Assembly (NCBI GenBank): GCA_040954595.2
Contig: CM082585.2
Coordinates: 2,138,902 to 2,202,901, forward strand
Direction: 5' to 3'
Source: Balanoglossus misakiensis
Lineage: Eukaryota; Animalia; Hemichordata
Length of the DNA: 64,000 bases
The notes under the pieces were generated by a model. It was not told the DNA's origin. It made no database searches and saw nothing but the letters and a program-made list of their open reading frames with translations. Of the stretch, positions 33,701 to 48,700 are shown piece after piece. The translations under genes and the position numbers were made by a program. Positions within the stretch are counted from its first letter, which is position 1. Each line of letters begins with the position of its first letter.

Positions 33701-36700
33701 TTTTGATGATTTTCAACCATATTATTTTTCAAAAACCGACGAAATTTTGAGATTTTGCATAGACGAAAATTTGTAATTTTTTGATGATTTTCACCCATGA
33801 TTTTTTCAAAAATTGACGAAATTTTGAGATTTTGCAAAGTCGAAAATTTGTCATTTTTTGATGATTTTCCCCCAATGGTTTTTTTCAAAATCGACGAAAT
33901 TTTGAGATTTTGCAAAGTCGAAAATTTGTCATTTTTTGATGATTTTCCCCCATGTTTTTTTTTTAAAATGGACGAAATTTTGAGATTTTGCAAAGTCGAA
34001 AATTTGTCATTTTTTGATGATTTTCACCCATGATTTTTTTCAAAAATCGACGAAATTGTGAGATTTTGCAAAGTCAAAAATTTGTCATTTTTTGATGATT
34101 TTCACCCATGTTTTTTTTTAAAAAAAACGACGAACCTATGATTTTTTTCAAAATCGACGAAATTTTGAGATTTTGCAAAGTCGAAAATTTGTCATTTTTT
34201 GATGATTTTCACCCATGATTTTTTTCAAAAATCGACGAAATGTTGAGATTTTGCAAAGTCGAAAATTTGTCATTTTTTGATGATTTTCACCCATGATTTT
34301 TTTCAAAAATCGACGAAATGTTGAGATTTTGCAAAGTCGAAAATTTGTCATTTTTTGATGATTTTCTCCCATGATTTTTTTCAAAAATCGACGAAATTGT
34401 GAGATTTTGCAAAGTCGAAAATTTGTCATTTTTTGATGATTTTCACCCATGTTTTTTTTTTTTAAATCGACGAACCTATGATTTTTTTCAAAATCGACGA
34501 AATTTTGAGATTTTGCAAAGTCGAAAATTTGTCATTTTTTGATGATTTTCACCCATGATTTTTTTCAAAAATCGACGAAATGTTGAGATTTTGCAAAGTC
34601 GATAATTTTGTCATTTTTTGATGATTTTCAACCATATTATTTTTCAAAAACCGACGAAATTTTGAGATTTTGCATAGACGAAAATTTGTCATTTTTTGAT
34701 GATTTTCACCCATGATTTTTTTCAAAAATCGACGAAATTTTGAGATTTAGCAAAGACGAAAATTTGTCATTTTTTGATGATTTTTACCCCTGATTTTTTC
34801 AAAAATTGACGAAATTTTGAGATTTTGCGAAGTCGAAAATTTGTCATTTTTTGATGATTTTCACCCATGATTTTTTTCAAAAATCGACGAAATTTTGAGA
34901 TTTTGCAAATTCGAAAATTTGTCATTTTTTGATGATTTTCACCCATGTTTTTTTTTAGAAATCGACGAACCTATGATTTTTTTCAAAATCGACGAAATTT
35001 TGTGATTTTACAAAGTCGAAAATTTTGTCATTTTTTGATGATTTTCACCCATGATTTTTTTCAAAAATCGACGAAATGTTGAGATTTTGCAAAGTCGAAA
35101 ATTTGTCATTTTTTGATGATTTTCTCCCATGATTTTTTTCAAAAATCGACGAAATTGTGAGATTTTGCAAAGTCGAAAATTTGTCATTTTTTGATGATTT
35201 TCACCCATGTTTTTTTTTTAAATCGACGAACCTATGATTTTTTTCAAAATCGACGAAATTTTGAGATTTTGCAAAGTCGAAAATTTTCTCATTTTTTGAT
35301 GATTTTCCCCCATGTTTTTTTTTTAAAATGGACGAAATTTTGAGATTTTGCAAAGTCGAAAATTTGTCATTTTTTGATGATTTTCACCCATGATTTTTTT
35401 TCAAAAATCGACGAAATTGTGAGATTTTGCAAAGTCGATAATTTTGTCATTTTTTGATGATTTTCAACCATATTATTTTTCAAAAACCGACGAAATTTTG
35501 AGATTTTGCAAAGACGAAAATTTGTCATTTTTTGATGATTTTCACCCATGATTTTTTCAAAAATTGACGAAATGTTGAGATTTTGCAAAGTCGAAAATTT
35601 GTAATTTTTTGATGATTTTCACCCATGATTTTTTTCAAAAATCGACGAAATTGTGAGATTTTGCAAAGTCGAAAATTTGTCATTTTTTGATGATTTTCAC
35701 CCATGATTTTTTTCAAAAATCGACGAAATGTTGAGATTTTGCAAAGTCGAAAATTTGTCATTTTTTGATGATTTTCTCCCATGATTTTTTTCAAAAATCG
35801 ACGAAATTGTGAGATTTTGCAAAGTCGAAAATTTGTCATTTTTTGATGATTTTCACCCATGTTTTTTTTTTTAAATCGACGAACCTATGATTTTTTTCAA
35901 AATCGACGAAATTTTGAGATTTTGCAAAGTCGAAAATTTTCTCATTTTTTGATGATTTTCCCCCATGTTTTTTTTTTAAAATGGACGAAATTTTGAGATT
36001 TTGCAAAGTCGAAAATTTGTCATTTTTTGATGATTTTCACCCATGATTTTTTTCAAAAATCGACGAAATGTTGAGATTTTGCAAAGTCGAAAATTTGTCA
36101 TTTTTTGATGATTTTCACCCATATTATTTTTCAAAAACCGACGAAATTTTGAGATTTAGCAAAGACGAAAATTTGTCATTTTTTGATGATTTTTACCCCT
36201 GATTTTTTCAAAAATTGACGAAATTTTGAGATTTTGCGAAGTCGAAAATTTGTCATTTTTTGATGATTTTCACCCATGATTTTTTTCAAAAATCGACGAA
36301 ATTTTGAGATTTTGCAAAGTCGAAAATTTGTCATTTTTTGATGATTTTCACCAATGTTTTTTTTTAGAAATCGACGAACCTATGATTTTTTTCAAAATCG
36401 ACGAAATTTTGTGATTTTACAAAGTCGAAAATTTTGTCATTTTTTGATGATTTTCAACCATGATTTTTTTCAAAAATCGACGAAATTTTTAGATTTTGCA
36501 AAGTCGAAAATGTGTCATTTTTTGATGATTTTCACCCATGATTTTTATTCAAAAATGGACGAAATTTTGAGATTTTGCAAAGACGAAAATTTGTCATTTT
36601 TTGATGATTTACACCCATGATTTTTTTTCAAAAATCGACGAAATTTTGAGATTTTGCAAAGTCGAAAATTTGTCATTTTTTGATGATTTTCACCCATGAT

Positions 36701-39700
36701 TTTTTTCAAAAATCGACGAAATGTTGAGATTTTGCAAAGTCGAAAATTTGTCATTTTTTGATGATTTTCTCCCATGATTTTTTTCAAAAATCGACGAAAT
36801 TGTGAGATTTTGCAAAGTCGAAAATTTGTCATTTTTTGATGATTTTCACCCATGTTTTTTTTTTAAATCGACGAACCTATGATTTTTTTCAAAATCGACG
36901 AAATTTTGAGATTTTGCAAAGTCGAAAATATTCTCATTTTTTGATGATTTTCCCCCATGTTTTTATTTTAAAATGGACGAAATTTTGAGATTTTGCAAAG
37001 TCGAAAATTTGTCATTTTTTGATGATTTTCACCCATGATTTTTTTCAAAAATCGACGAAATGTTGAGATTTTGCAAAGTCGAAAATTTGTAATTTTTTGA
37101 TGATTTTCACCCATGATTTTTTTTCAAAAATCGACGAAATTGTGAGATTTTGCAAAGTCGATAATTTTGTCATTTTTTGATGATTTTCAACCATATTATT
37201 TTTCAAAAACTGACGAAATTTTGAGATTTTGCAAAGACGAAAATTTGTCATTTTTTGATGATTTTCACCCATGATTTTTTCAAAAATTGACGAAATTTTG
37301 AGATTTTGCAAAGTCGAAAATTTGTCATTTTTTGATGATTTTCACCCATGATTTTTTTCAAAAATCGACGAAATGTTGAGATTTTGCAAAGTCGAAAATT
37401 TGTAATTTTTTGATGATTTTCACCCATGATTTTTTTCAAAAATCGACGAAATTGTGAGATTTTGCAAAGTCGAAAATTTGTCATTTTTTGATGATTTTCA
37501 CCCATGATTTTTTTCAAAAATCGACGAAATGTTGAGATTTTGCAAAGTCGAAAATTTGTAATTTTTTGATGATTTTCACCCATGATTTTTTTCAAAAATC
37601 GACGAAATTGTGAGATTGTGCAAAGTCGATAATTTGTCATTTTTTGATGATTTTCCCCCAATGTTTTTTTTCAAAATCGACGAAATTTTGAGATTTTGCA
37701 AAGTCGAAAATTTGTCATTTTTTGATGATTTTCCCCCATGTTTTTTTTTTAAAATGGACGAAATTTTGAGATTTTGCAAAGTCGATAATTTGTCATTTTT
37801 TGATGATTTTCCCCCAATGGTTTTTTTCAAAATCGACGAAATTTTGAGATTTTGCAAAGTCGATAATTTGTCATTTTTTGATGATTTTCACCCATGATTT
37901 TTTTCAAAAATCGACGAAATTGTGAGATTTTGCAAAGTCGAAAATTTGTCATTTTTTGATGATTTTCACCCATATTATTTTTCAAAAACCGACGAAATAT
38001 TGAGATTTAGCAAAGACGAAAATTTGTCATTTTTTGATGATTTTTACCCCTGATTTTTTCAAAAATTGACGAAATTTTGAGATTTTGCGAAGTCGAAAAT
38101 TTGTCATTTTTTGATGATTTTCACCCATGATTTTTTTCAAAAATCGACGAAATTTTGAGATTTTGCAAAGTCGAAAATTTGTCATTTTTTGATGATTTTC
38201 ACCCATGTTTTTTTTTAGAAATCGACGAACCTATGATTTTTTTCAAAATCGACGAAATTTTGTGATTTTACAATGTCGAAAATTTTGTCATTTTTTGATG
38301 ATTTTCAACCATGATTTTTTTCAAAAATCGACGAAATTTTTAGATTTTGCAAAGTCGAAAATGTGTCATTTTTTGATGATTTTCACCCATGATTTTTATT
38401 CAAAAATGGACGAAATTTTGAGATTTTGCAAAGACGAAAATTTGTCATTTTTTGATGATTTTCACCCATGATTTTTTTCAAAAATCGACAAAATTTTTAG
38501 ATTTTGCAAAGTCGAAAATTTGTAATTTTTTGATGATTTTTACCCATGATTTTTTTTTTCAAAAATCGACGAAATTTTGAGATTTTGCAAAGACGAAAAT
38601 TTGTAATTTTTTGATGATTTTCACCCATGACTTTTTTTCAAAAATTTACGAAATTTTGAGATTTTGCAAAGTCGAAAATTTGTAATTTTTTGATGATTTT
38701 CACCCATGTTTTTTTTTTTCAAAAATCGACGAAATTTTGTGATTTTGCAAATTCGAAAATTTGTAATTTTTTGATGATTTTCACCCATGTTTTTTTTCAA
38801 AAATCAACGAACCCATGATTTTTTTTCAAAAATCGACAAAATTTTGAGATTTTGCAAAGTCGAAAATTTGTAATTTTTTGATGATTTTCACCCATGATTT
38901 TTTTTCAAAAATCGACGAAATTTTGAGATTTTGCAAAGTCGAAAATTTGTCATTTTTTGATGATTTTTACCCATGATTTTTTTTCAAAAATCGACGAAAT
39001 TTTTAGATTTTGCAAAGTCGAAAATGTGTCATTTTTTGATGATTTTCACCCATGATTTTTTTTCAAAAATCGACGAAATTTTAAGATTTTGCAAAGTCGA
39101 AAATTTGTCATTTTTTGATGATTTTCACCCATGTTTTTTTTTTAAAAATCGACGAACCTATGATTTTTTTCAAAATCGACGAAATTGTGTGATTTTGCAA
39201 AGTCGAAAATTTTGTCATTTTTTGATGATTTTCAACCATGATTTTTTTTCAAAAATCGACGAAATTTTGAGATTTTGCACAGTCGAAAATTTGTCATTTT
39301 TTGATGATTTTCACCCATGATTTTTTTCAAAAATCGACGAAATGTTGAGATTTTGCAAAGTCGAAAATTTGTCATTTTTTGATGATTTTCTCCCATGATT
39401 TTTTTCAAAAATCGACAAAATTGTGAGATTTTGCAAAGTCGAAAATTTGTCATTTTTTGATGATTTTCACCCATGTTTTTTTTTTAAAATCGACGAACCT
39501 ATGATTTTTTTCAAAATCGACGAAATTTTGAGATTTTGCAAAGTCGAAAATTTGTCATTTTTTGATGATTTTCACCCATGATTTTTTTCAAAAATCGACG
39601 AAATGTTGAGATTTTGCAAAGTCGAAAATTTGTAATTTTTTGATGATTTTCCCCCAATGGTTTTTTTTCAAAATCGACGAAATTTTGAGATTTTGCAAAG

Positions 39701-42700
39701 TCGAAAATTTGTCATTTTTTGATGATTTTCCCCCAATGGTTTTTTTCAAAATCGACGAAATTTTGAGATTTTGCAAAGTCGAAAATTTGTCATTTTTTGA
39801 TGATTTTCCCCCATGTTTTTTTTTTAAAATGGACGAAATTTTGAGATTTTGCAAAGTCGAAAATTTGTCATTTTTTGATGATTTTCACCCATGATTTTTT
39901 TCAAAAATCGACGAAATTGTGAGATTTTGCAAAGTCAAAAATTTGTCATTTTTTGATGATTTTCACCCATGTTTTTTTTTAAAAAAAACGACGAACCTAT
40001 GATTTTTTTCAAAATCGACGAAATTTTGAGATTTTGCAAAGTCGAAAATTTGTCATTTTTTGATGATTTTCACCCATGATTTTTTTCAAAAATCGACGAA
40101 ATGTTGAGATTTTGCAAAGTCGAAAATTTGTCATTTTTTGATGATTTTCACCCATGATTTTTTTCAAAAATCGACGAAATGTTGAGATTTTGCAAAGTCG
40201 AAAATTTGTCATTTTTTGATGATTTTCTCCCATGATTTTTTTCAAAAATCGACGAAATTGTGAGATTTTGCAAAGTCGAAAATTTGTCATTTTTTGATGA
40301 TTTTCACCCATGTTTTTTTTTTTTAAATCGACGAACCTATGATTTTTTTCAAAATCGACGAAATTTTGAGATTTTGCAAAGTCGAAAATTTGTCATTTTT
40401 TGATGATTTTCTCCCATGATTTTTTTCAAAAATCGACAAAATTGTGAGATTTTGCAAAGTCGAAAATTTGTCATTTTTTGATGATTTTCACCCATGTTTT
40501 TTTTTTAAAATCGACGAACCTATGATTTTTTTCAAAATCGACGAAATTTTGAGATTTTGCAAAGTCGAAAATTTGTCATTTTTTGATTATTTTCACCCAT
40601 GATTTTTTTCAAAAATCGACGAAATGTTGAGATTTTGCAAAGTCGAAAATTTGTAATTTTTTGATGATTTTCCCCCAATGGTTTTTTTTCAAAATCGACG
40701 AAATGTTGAGATTTTGCAAAGTCGAAAATTTGTAATTTTTTGATGATTTTCCCCCAATGGTTTTTTTTCAAAATCGACGAAATTTTGAGATTTTGCAATG
40801 TCGAAAATTTGTCATTTTTTGATGATTTTCCCCCAATGGTTTTTTTCAAAATCGACGAAATTTTGAGATTTTGCAAAGTCGAAAATTTGTCATTTTTTGA
40901 TGATTTTCCCCCATGTTTTTTTTTTTAAATGGACGAAATTTTGAGATTTTGCAAAGTCGAAAATTTGTCATTTTTTGATGATTTTCACCCATGATTTTTT
41001 TCAAAAATCGACGAAATTGTGAGATTTTGCAAAGTCAAAAATTTGTCATTTTTTGATGATTTTCACCCATGTTTTTTTTTTAAAAAAACGACGAACCTAT
41101 GATTTTTTTCAAAATCGACGAAATTTTGAGATTTTGCAAAGTCGAAAATTTGTCATTTTTTGATGATTTTCACCCATGATTTTTTTCAAAAATCGACGAA
41201 ATGTTGAGATTTTGCAAAGTCGAAAATTTGTCATTTTTTGATGATTTTCACCCATGATTTTTTTCAAAAATCGACGAAATGTTGAGATTTTGCAAAGTCG
41301 AAAATTTGTCATTTTTTGATGATTTTCTCCCATGATTTTTTTCAAAAATCGACGAAATTGTGAGATTTTGCAAAGTCTCATTTTTTGATGATTTTCACCC
41401 ATGTTTTTTTTTTTTTAAATCGACGAACCTATGATTTTTTTCAAAATCGACGAAATTTTGAGATTTTGCAAAGTCGAAAATTTGTCATTTTTTGATGATT
41501 TTCACCCATGATTTTTTTCAAAAATCGACGAAATGTTGAGATTTTGCAAAGTCGATAATTTTGTCATTTTTTGATGATTTTCAACCATATTATTTTTCAA
41601 AAACCGACGAAATTTTGAGATTTTGCATAGACGAAAATTTGTAATTTTTTGATGATTTTCACCCATGATTTTTTCAAAAATTGACGAAATTTTGAGATTT
41701 TGCAAAGTCGAAAATTTGTCATTTTTTGATGATTTTCCCCCAATGGTTTTTTTCAAAATCGACGAAATTTTGAGATTTTGCAAAGTCGAAAATTTGTCAT
41801 TTTTTGATGATTTTCCCCCATGTTTTTTTTTTAAAATGGACGAAATTTTGAGATTTTGCAAAGTCGAAAATTTGTCATTTTTTGATGATTTTCACCCATG
41901 ATTTTTTTCAAAAATCGACGAAATTGTGAGATTTTGCAAAGTCAAAAATTTGTCATTTTTTGATGATTTTCACCCATGTTTTTTTTTTAAAAAAACGACG
42001 AACCTATGATTTTTTTCAAAATCGACGAAATTTTGAGATTTTGCAAAGTCGAAAATTTGTCATTTTTTGATGATTTTCACCCATGATTTTTTTCAAAAAT
42101 CGACGAAATGTTGAGATTTTGCAAAGTCGAAAATTTGTCATTTTTTGATGATTTTCACCCATGATTTTTTTCAAAAATCGACGAAATGTTGAGATTTTGC
42201 AAAGTCGAAAATTTGTCATTTTTTGATGATTTTCTCCCATGATTTTTTTCAAAAATCGACGAAATTGTGAGATTTTGCAAAGTCGAAAATTTGTCATTTT
42301 TTGATGATTTTCACCCATGTTTTTTTTTTTTAAATCGACGAACCTATGATTTTTTTCAAAATCGACGAAATTTTGAGATTTTGCAAAGTCGAAAATTTGT
42401 CATTTTTTGATGATTTTCACCCATGATTTTTTTCAAAAATCGACGAAATGTTGAGATTTTGCAAAGTCGATAATTTTGTCATTTTTTGATGATTTTCAAC
42501 CATATTATTTTTCAAAAACCGACGAAATTTTGAGATTTTGCATAGACGAAAATTTGTCATTTTTTGATGATTTTCACCCATGATTTTTTCAAAAATTGAC
42601 GAAATTTTGAGATTTTGCAAAGTCGAAAATTTGTCATTTTTTGATGATTTTCACCCATGATTTTTTTCAAAAATCGACGAAATGTTGAGATTTTGCAAAG

Positions 42701-45700
42701 TCGAAAATTTGTCAATTTTTGATGATTTTCACCCATGATTTTTTTCAAAAATCGACGAAATTTTGAGATTTTGCAAAGTCGAAAATTTGTCATTTTTTGA
42801 TTATTTTCACCCATGATTTTTTTCAAAAATCGACAAAATTTTTAGATTTTGCAAAGTCGACAATTTGTCATTTTTTGATGATTTTCACCATGATTTTTTT
42901 TTAAAAAACGACGAAATTTTGAGATTTTGCAAAGACGAAAATTTGTCATTTTTTGATGATTTTCACCCATGATTTTTTTTCAAAAATGTACGAAATTTTT
43001 AGATTTTGCAAAGTCGAAAATTTGTAATTTTTTGATGATTTTCACCAATGTTTTTTTTTAAAAATCAACGAACCCATGATTTTTTTCAAAAATTGACACC
43101 AATGTTTTTTTTTAAAAATCAACGAACTCATGATTTTTTTTAAAAATTGACAACATTTTGAGATTTTGCAAAGTCGAAAATTTGTCATTTTTTGATGATT
43201 TTCACCATGATTGTTTTTTTCAAAAATCGGCGAAATTTTGAGATTTTGCAAAGACGAAAATTTGTCATTTTTTGATGAATTTCACCCATGATTTTTTTTT
43301 AAAAATGTACGAAATTTTGAGATTTTGCAAAGTCGAAAATTTGTCATTTTTTGATGATTTTCACCCATGATTTTTTTCAAAAATCGACGAAATTTTGAGA
43401 TTTAGCAAAGACGAAAATTTGTCATTTTTTGATGATTTTCACCCGTGATTTTTTTCAAAAATCGACGAAATTTTGAGATTTTGCAAAGTCGAAAATTTGT
43501 CATTTTTTGATGATTTTCACCCATGATTTTTTTTCAAAAATGTACGAAATTTTGAGATTTTGCAAAGTCGAAAATTTGTAATTTTTTGATGATTTTCACC
43601 AATGTTTTTTTTTAAAAATCAACGAACCCATGATTTTTTTCAAAAATTGACACCAATGTTTTTTTTAAAAAATCAACGAACTCATGAATTTTTTAAAAAA
43701 TTGACAACATTTTGAGATTTTACAAAGTCGAAAATTTGTCATTTTTTGATGATTTTCACCATGATTGTTTTTTTCAAAAATCGACAAAATTTTTAGATTT
43801 TGCAAAGTCGAAAATTTGTAATTTTTTGATGATTTTTACCCATGATTTTTTTTTTCAAAAATCGACGAAATTTTGAGATTTTGCAAAGACGAAAATTTGT
43901 AATTTTTTGATGATTTTCACCCATGACTTTTTTTCAAAAATTTACGAAATTTTGGGATTTTGCAAAGACGAAAATTTGTCATTTTTTGATGATTTTCACC
44001 CATGATTTTTTTCAAAAATCGACGAAATTTGAGATTTTGCAAAGTCGAAAATTTGTCATTTTTTGATGATTTTCACCCATGTTTTTTTTCAAAAATCTAC
44101 GAAATTTTGAGATTTTGCAAAGTCGAAAATTTGTCATTTTTTGATGATTTTCACCCATGATTTTTTTTCAAAAATGTACGAAATTTTGAGATTTTGCAAA
44201 GTCGAAAATTTGTAATTTTTTGATGATTTTCACCAATGTTTTTTTTTAAAAATCAACGAACCCATGATTTTTTTCAAAAATTGACACCAATGTTTTTTTT
44301 AAAAAATCAACGAACTCATGAATTTTTTAAAAAATTGACAACATTTTGAGATTTTGCAAAGTCGAAAATTTGTCATTTTTTGATGATTTTCACCATGATT
44401 GTTTTTTTCAAAAATCGACAAAATTTTTAGATTTTGCAAAGTCGAAAATTTGTAATTTTTTGATGATTTTTACCCATGATTTTTTTTTTCAAAAATCGAC
44501 GAAATTTTGAGATTTTGCAAAGACGAAAATTTGTAATTTTTTGATGATTTTCACCCATGACTTTTTTTCAAAAATTTACGAAATTTTGGGATTTTGCAAA
44601 GACGAAAATTTGTCATTTTTTGATGATTTTCACCCATGATTTTTTTCAAAAATCGACGAAATTTGAGATTTTGCAAAGTCGAAAATTTGTCATTTTTTGA
44701 TGATTTTCACCCATGTTTTTTTTCAAAAATCTACGAAATTTTGAGATTTTGCAAAGTCGAAAATTTGTCATTTTTTGATGATTTTCACCCATGATTTTTT
44801 TCAAAAATCGACAAAATTTTTAGATTTTGCAAAGTCGAAAATTTGTAATTTTTTGATGATTTTTACCCATGATTTTTTTTTTTCAAAAATCGACGAAATT
44901 TTGAGATTTTGCAAAGACGAAAATTTGTAATTTTTTGATGATTTTCACCCATGACTTTTTTTCAAAAATTTACGAAATTTTGAGATTTTGCAAAGTCGAA
45001 AATTTGTCATTTTTTGATGATTTTCACCCATGATTTTTCTCAAAAATCGACGAAATTTTGAGATTTTGCAAAGTCGAAAATTTGTAATTTTTTGATGATT
45101 TTCACCCATGATTTTTTTTCAAAAATCAACGAACCCATGATTTTTTTTCAAAAATCGACAAAATTTTGAGATTTTGCAAAGTCGAAAATTTGTCATTTTT
45201 TGATGATTTTCACCCATGATTTTTCTCAAAAATCGACGAAATTTTGAGATTTTGCAAAGTCGAAAATTTGTAATTTTTTGATGATTTTCACCCATGATTT
45301 TTTTTTCAAAAATCGACGAAATTTTGAGATTTTGCAATGTCGAAAATTTGTCATTTATTAATGATTTTCACCCATGATTTTTTTTCAAAAATCGACAAAT
45401 TTTTGAGATTTTGCAAAGTCGAAAATTTGTAATTTTTTGATGATTTTCACCCATGTTTTTTTTCAAAATTGAACGAACCCATGTTTTTTTTAAAAATCGA
45501 CGAAATTTTGAGATTTTGCAAAGTCGAAAATTTGTCATTTTTTGATGATTTTCACCCATGATTTTTTTCAAAAATCGACGAAATTTTGAGATTTTGCAAA
45601 GTCGAAAATGTGTCATTTTTTGATGATTTTCACCCATGATTTTTTTCAAAAATCGACAAAATTTTGAGATTTTGCAAATTCGAAAATTTGTTATTTTTTG

Positions 45701-48700
45701 ATGATTTTCACCCATGTTTTTTTTCAAAAATCAACGAACCCATGATTTTTTTTCAAAAATCGACAAAATTTTGAGATTTTGCAAAGTCGAAAATTTGTCA
45801 TTTTTTGATGATTTTCACCCATGATTTTTCTCAAAAATCGACGAAATTTTGAGATTTTGCAAAGTCGAAAATTTGTAATTTTTTGATGATTTTCACCCAT
45901 GATTTTTTTTCAAAAATCGACGAAATTTTGAGATTTTGCAAAGTCGAAAATTTGTCATTTATTAATGATTTTCACCCATGATTTTTTTTCAAAAATCGAC
46001 AAAATTTTGAGATTTTGCAAAGTCGAAAATTTGTAATTTTTTGATGATTTTCACCCATGTTTTTTTTCAAAATTGAACGAACCCATGATTTTTTTCAAAA
46101 ATCGACGAAATTTTGAGATTTTGCAAAGTCGAAAATTTGTCATTTTTTGATGATTTTCACCCATGTTTTTTTTTTCAAAAATCGACGAAATTTTGAGATT
46201 TTGCAAAGTCGAAAATTTGTCATTTTTTGATGATTTTCACCCATGATTTTTTTCAAAAATCGACAAAATTTTTAGATTTTGCAAAGTCGAAAATTTGTAA
46301 TTTTTTGATGATTTTCACCCATGATTTTTTTTCAAAAATCAACGAACCCATGATTTTTTTTCAAAAATCGACAAAATTTTGAGATTTTGCAAAGTCGAAA
46401 ATTTGTCATTTTTTGATGATTTTCACCCATGATTTTTCTCAAAAATCGACGAAATTTTGAGATTTTGCAAAGTCGAAAATTTGTAATTTTTTGATGATTT
46501 TCACCCATGATTTTTTTTTCAAAAATCGACGAAATTTTGAGATTTTGCAATGTCGAAAATTTGTCATTTATTAATGATTTTCACCCATGATTTTTTTTCA
46601 AAAATCGACAAATTTTTGAGATTTTGCAAAGTCGAAAATTTGTAATTTTTTGATGATTTTCACCCATGTTTTTTTTCAAAATTGAACGAACCCATGATTT
46701 TTTTCAAAAATCGACGAAATTTTGAGATTTTGCAAAGTCGAAAATTTGTCATTTTTTGATGATTTTCACCCATGATTTTTTTCAAAAATCGACGAAATTT
46801 TGAGATTTTGCAAAGTCGAAAATGTGTCATTTTTTGATGATTTTCACCCATGATTTTTTTCAAAAATCGACAAAATTTTGAGATTTTGCAAATTCGAAAA
46901 TTTGTAATTTTTTGATGATTTTCACCCATGTTTTTTTTCAAAAATCAACGAACCCATGATTTTTTTTCAAAAATCAGCAAAATTTTGAGATTTTGCAAAG
47001 TCGAAAATTTGTCATTTTTTGATGATTTTCACCCATGATTTTTCTCAAAAATCGACGAAATTTTGAGATTTTGCAAAGTCGAAAATTTGTAATTTTTTGA
47101 TGATTTTCACCCATGATTTTTTTTCAAAAATCGACGAAATTTTGAGATTTTGCAAAGTCGAAAATTTGTCATTTATTAATGATTTTCACCCATGATTTTT
47201 TTTCAAAAATCGACAAAATTTTGAGATTTTGCAAAGTCGAAAATTTGTAATTTTTTGATGATTTTCACCCATGTTTTTTTTCAAAATTGAACGAACCCAT
47301 GATTTTTTTCAAAAATCGACGAAATTTTGAGATTTTGCAAAGTCGAAAATTTGTCATTTTTTGATGATTTTCACCCATGTTTTTTTTTTCAAAAATCGAC
47401 GAAATTTTGAGATTTTGCAAAGTCGAAAATTTGTCATTTATTAATGATTTTCACCCATGATTTTTTTTCAAAAATCGACAAATTTTTGAGATTTTGCAAA
47501 GTCGAAAATTTGTAATTTTTTGATGATTTTCACCCATGTTTTTTTTCAAAATTGAACGAACCCATGATTTTTTTCAAAAATCGACGAAATTTTGAGATTT
47601 TGCAAAGTCGAAAATTTGTCATTTTTTGATGATTTTCACCCATGATTTTTTTCAAAAATCGACAAAATTTTGAGATTTTGCAAAGTCGAAAATTTGTAAT
47701 TTTTTGATGATTTTTACCCATGATTTTTTTTTTCAAAAATCGACGAAATTTTGAGATTTTGCAAAGACGAAAATTTGTAATTTTTTGATGATTTTCACCC
47801 ATATTTTTTTTCAAAATTGAACGAACCCATGATTTTTTTCAAAAATCGACGAAATTTTGAGATTTTGCAAAGTCGAAAATTTGTCATTTTTTGATGATTT
47901 TCACCCATGATTTTTTTCAAAAATCGACGAAATTTTGAGATTTTGCAAAGTCGAAAATGTGTCATTTTTTGATGATTTTCACCCATGATTTTTTTCAAAA
48001 ATCGACAAAATTTTGAGATTTTGCAAATTCGAAAATTTGTAATTTTTTGATGATTTTCACCCATGTTTTTTTTCAAAAATCAACGAACCCATGATTTTTT
48101 TTGAAAAATCGACAAAATTTTGAGATTTTGCAAAGTCGAAAATTTGTCATTTTTTGATGATTTTCACCCATGATTTTTCTCAAAAATCGACGAAATTTTG
48201 AGATTTTGCAAAGTCGAAAATTTGTAATTTTTTGATGATTTTCACCCATGATTTTTTTTTCAAAAATCGACGAATTTTGAGATTTTGCAAAGTCGAAAAT
48301 TTGTCATTTATTAATGATTTTCACCCATGATTTTTTTTCAAAAATCGACAAAATTTTGAGATTTTGCAAAGTCGAAAATTTGTAATTTTTTGATGATTTT
48401 CACCCATGTTTTTTTTCAAAATTGAACGAACCCATGATTTTTTTCAAAAATCGACGAAATTTTGAGATTTTGCAAATTCGAAAATTTGTCATTTTTTGAT
48501 GATTTTCACCCATGTTTTTTTTTCCAAAATCGACGAAATTTTGAGATTTTGCAAAGTCGAAAATTTGTCATTTTTTGATGATTTTTTCCCATGATTTTGT
48601 TTTTCAAAAATCGACCAAATTTTGAGATTTTGCAAAGACAAATAATTGTCATTTTTTGATGATTTTCACCCATGATTTTTTTCAAAAATCGACGAAATTT

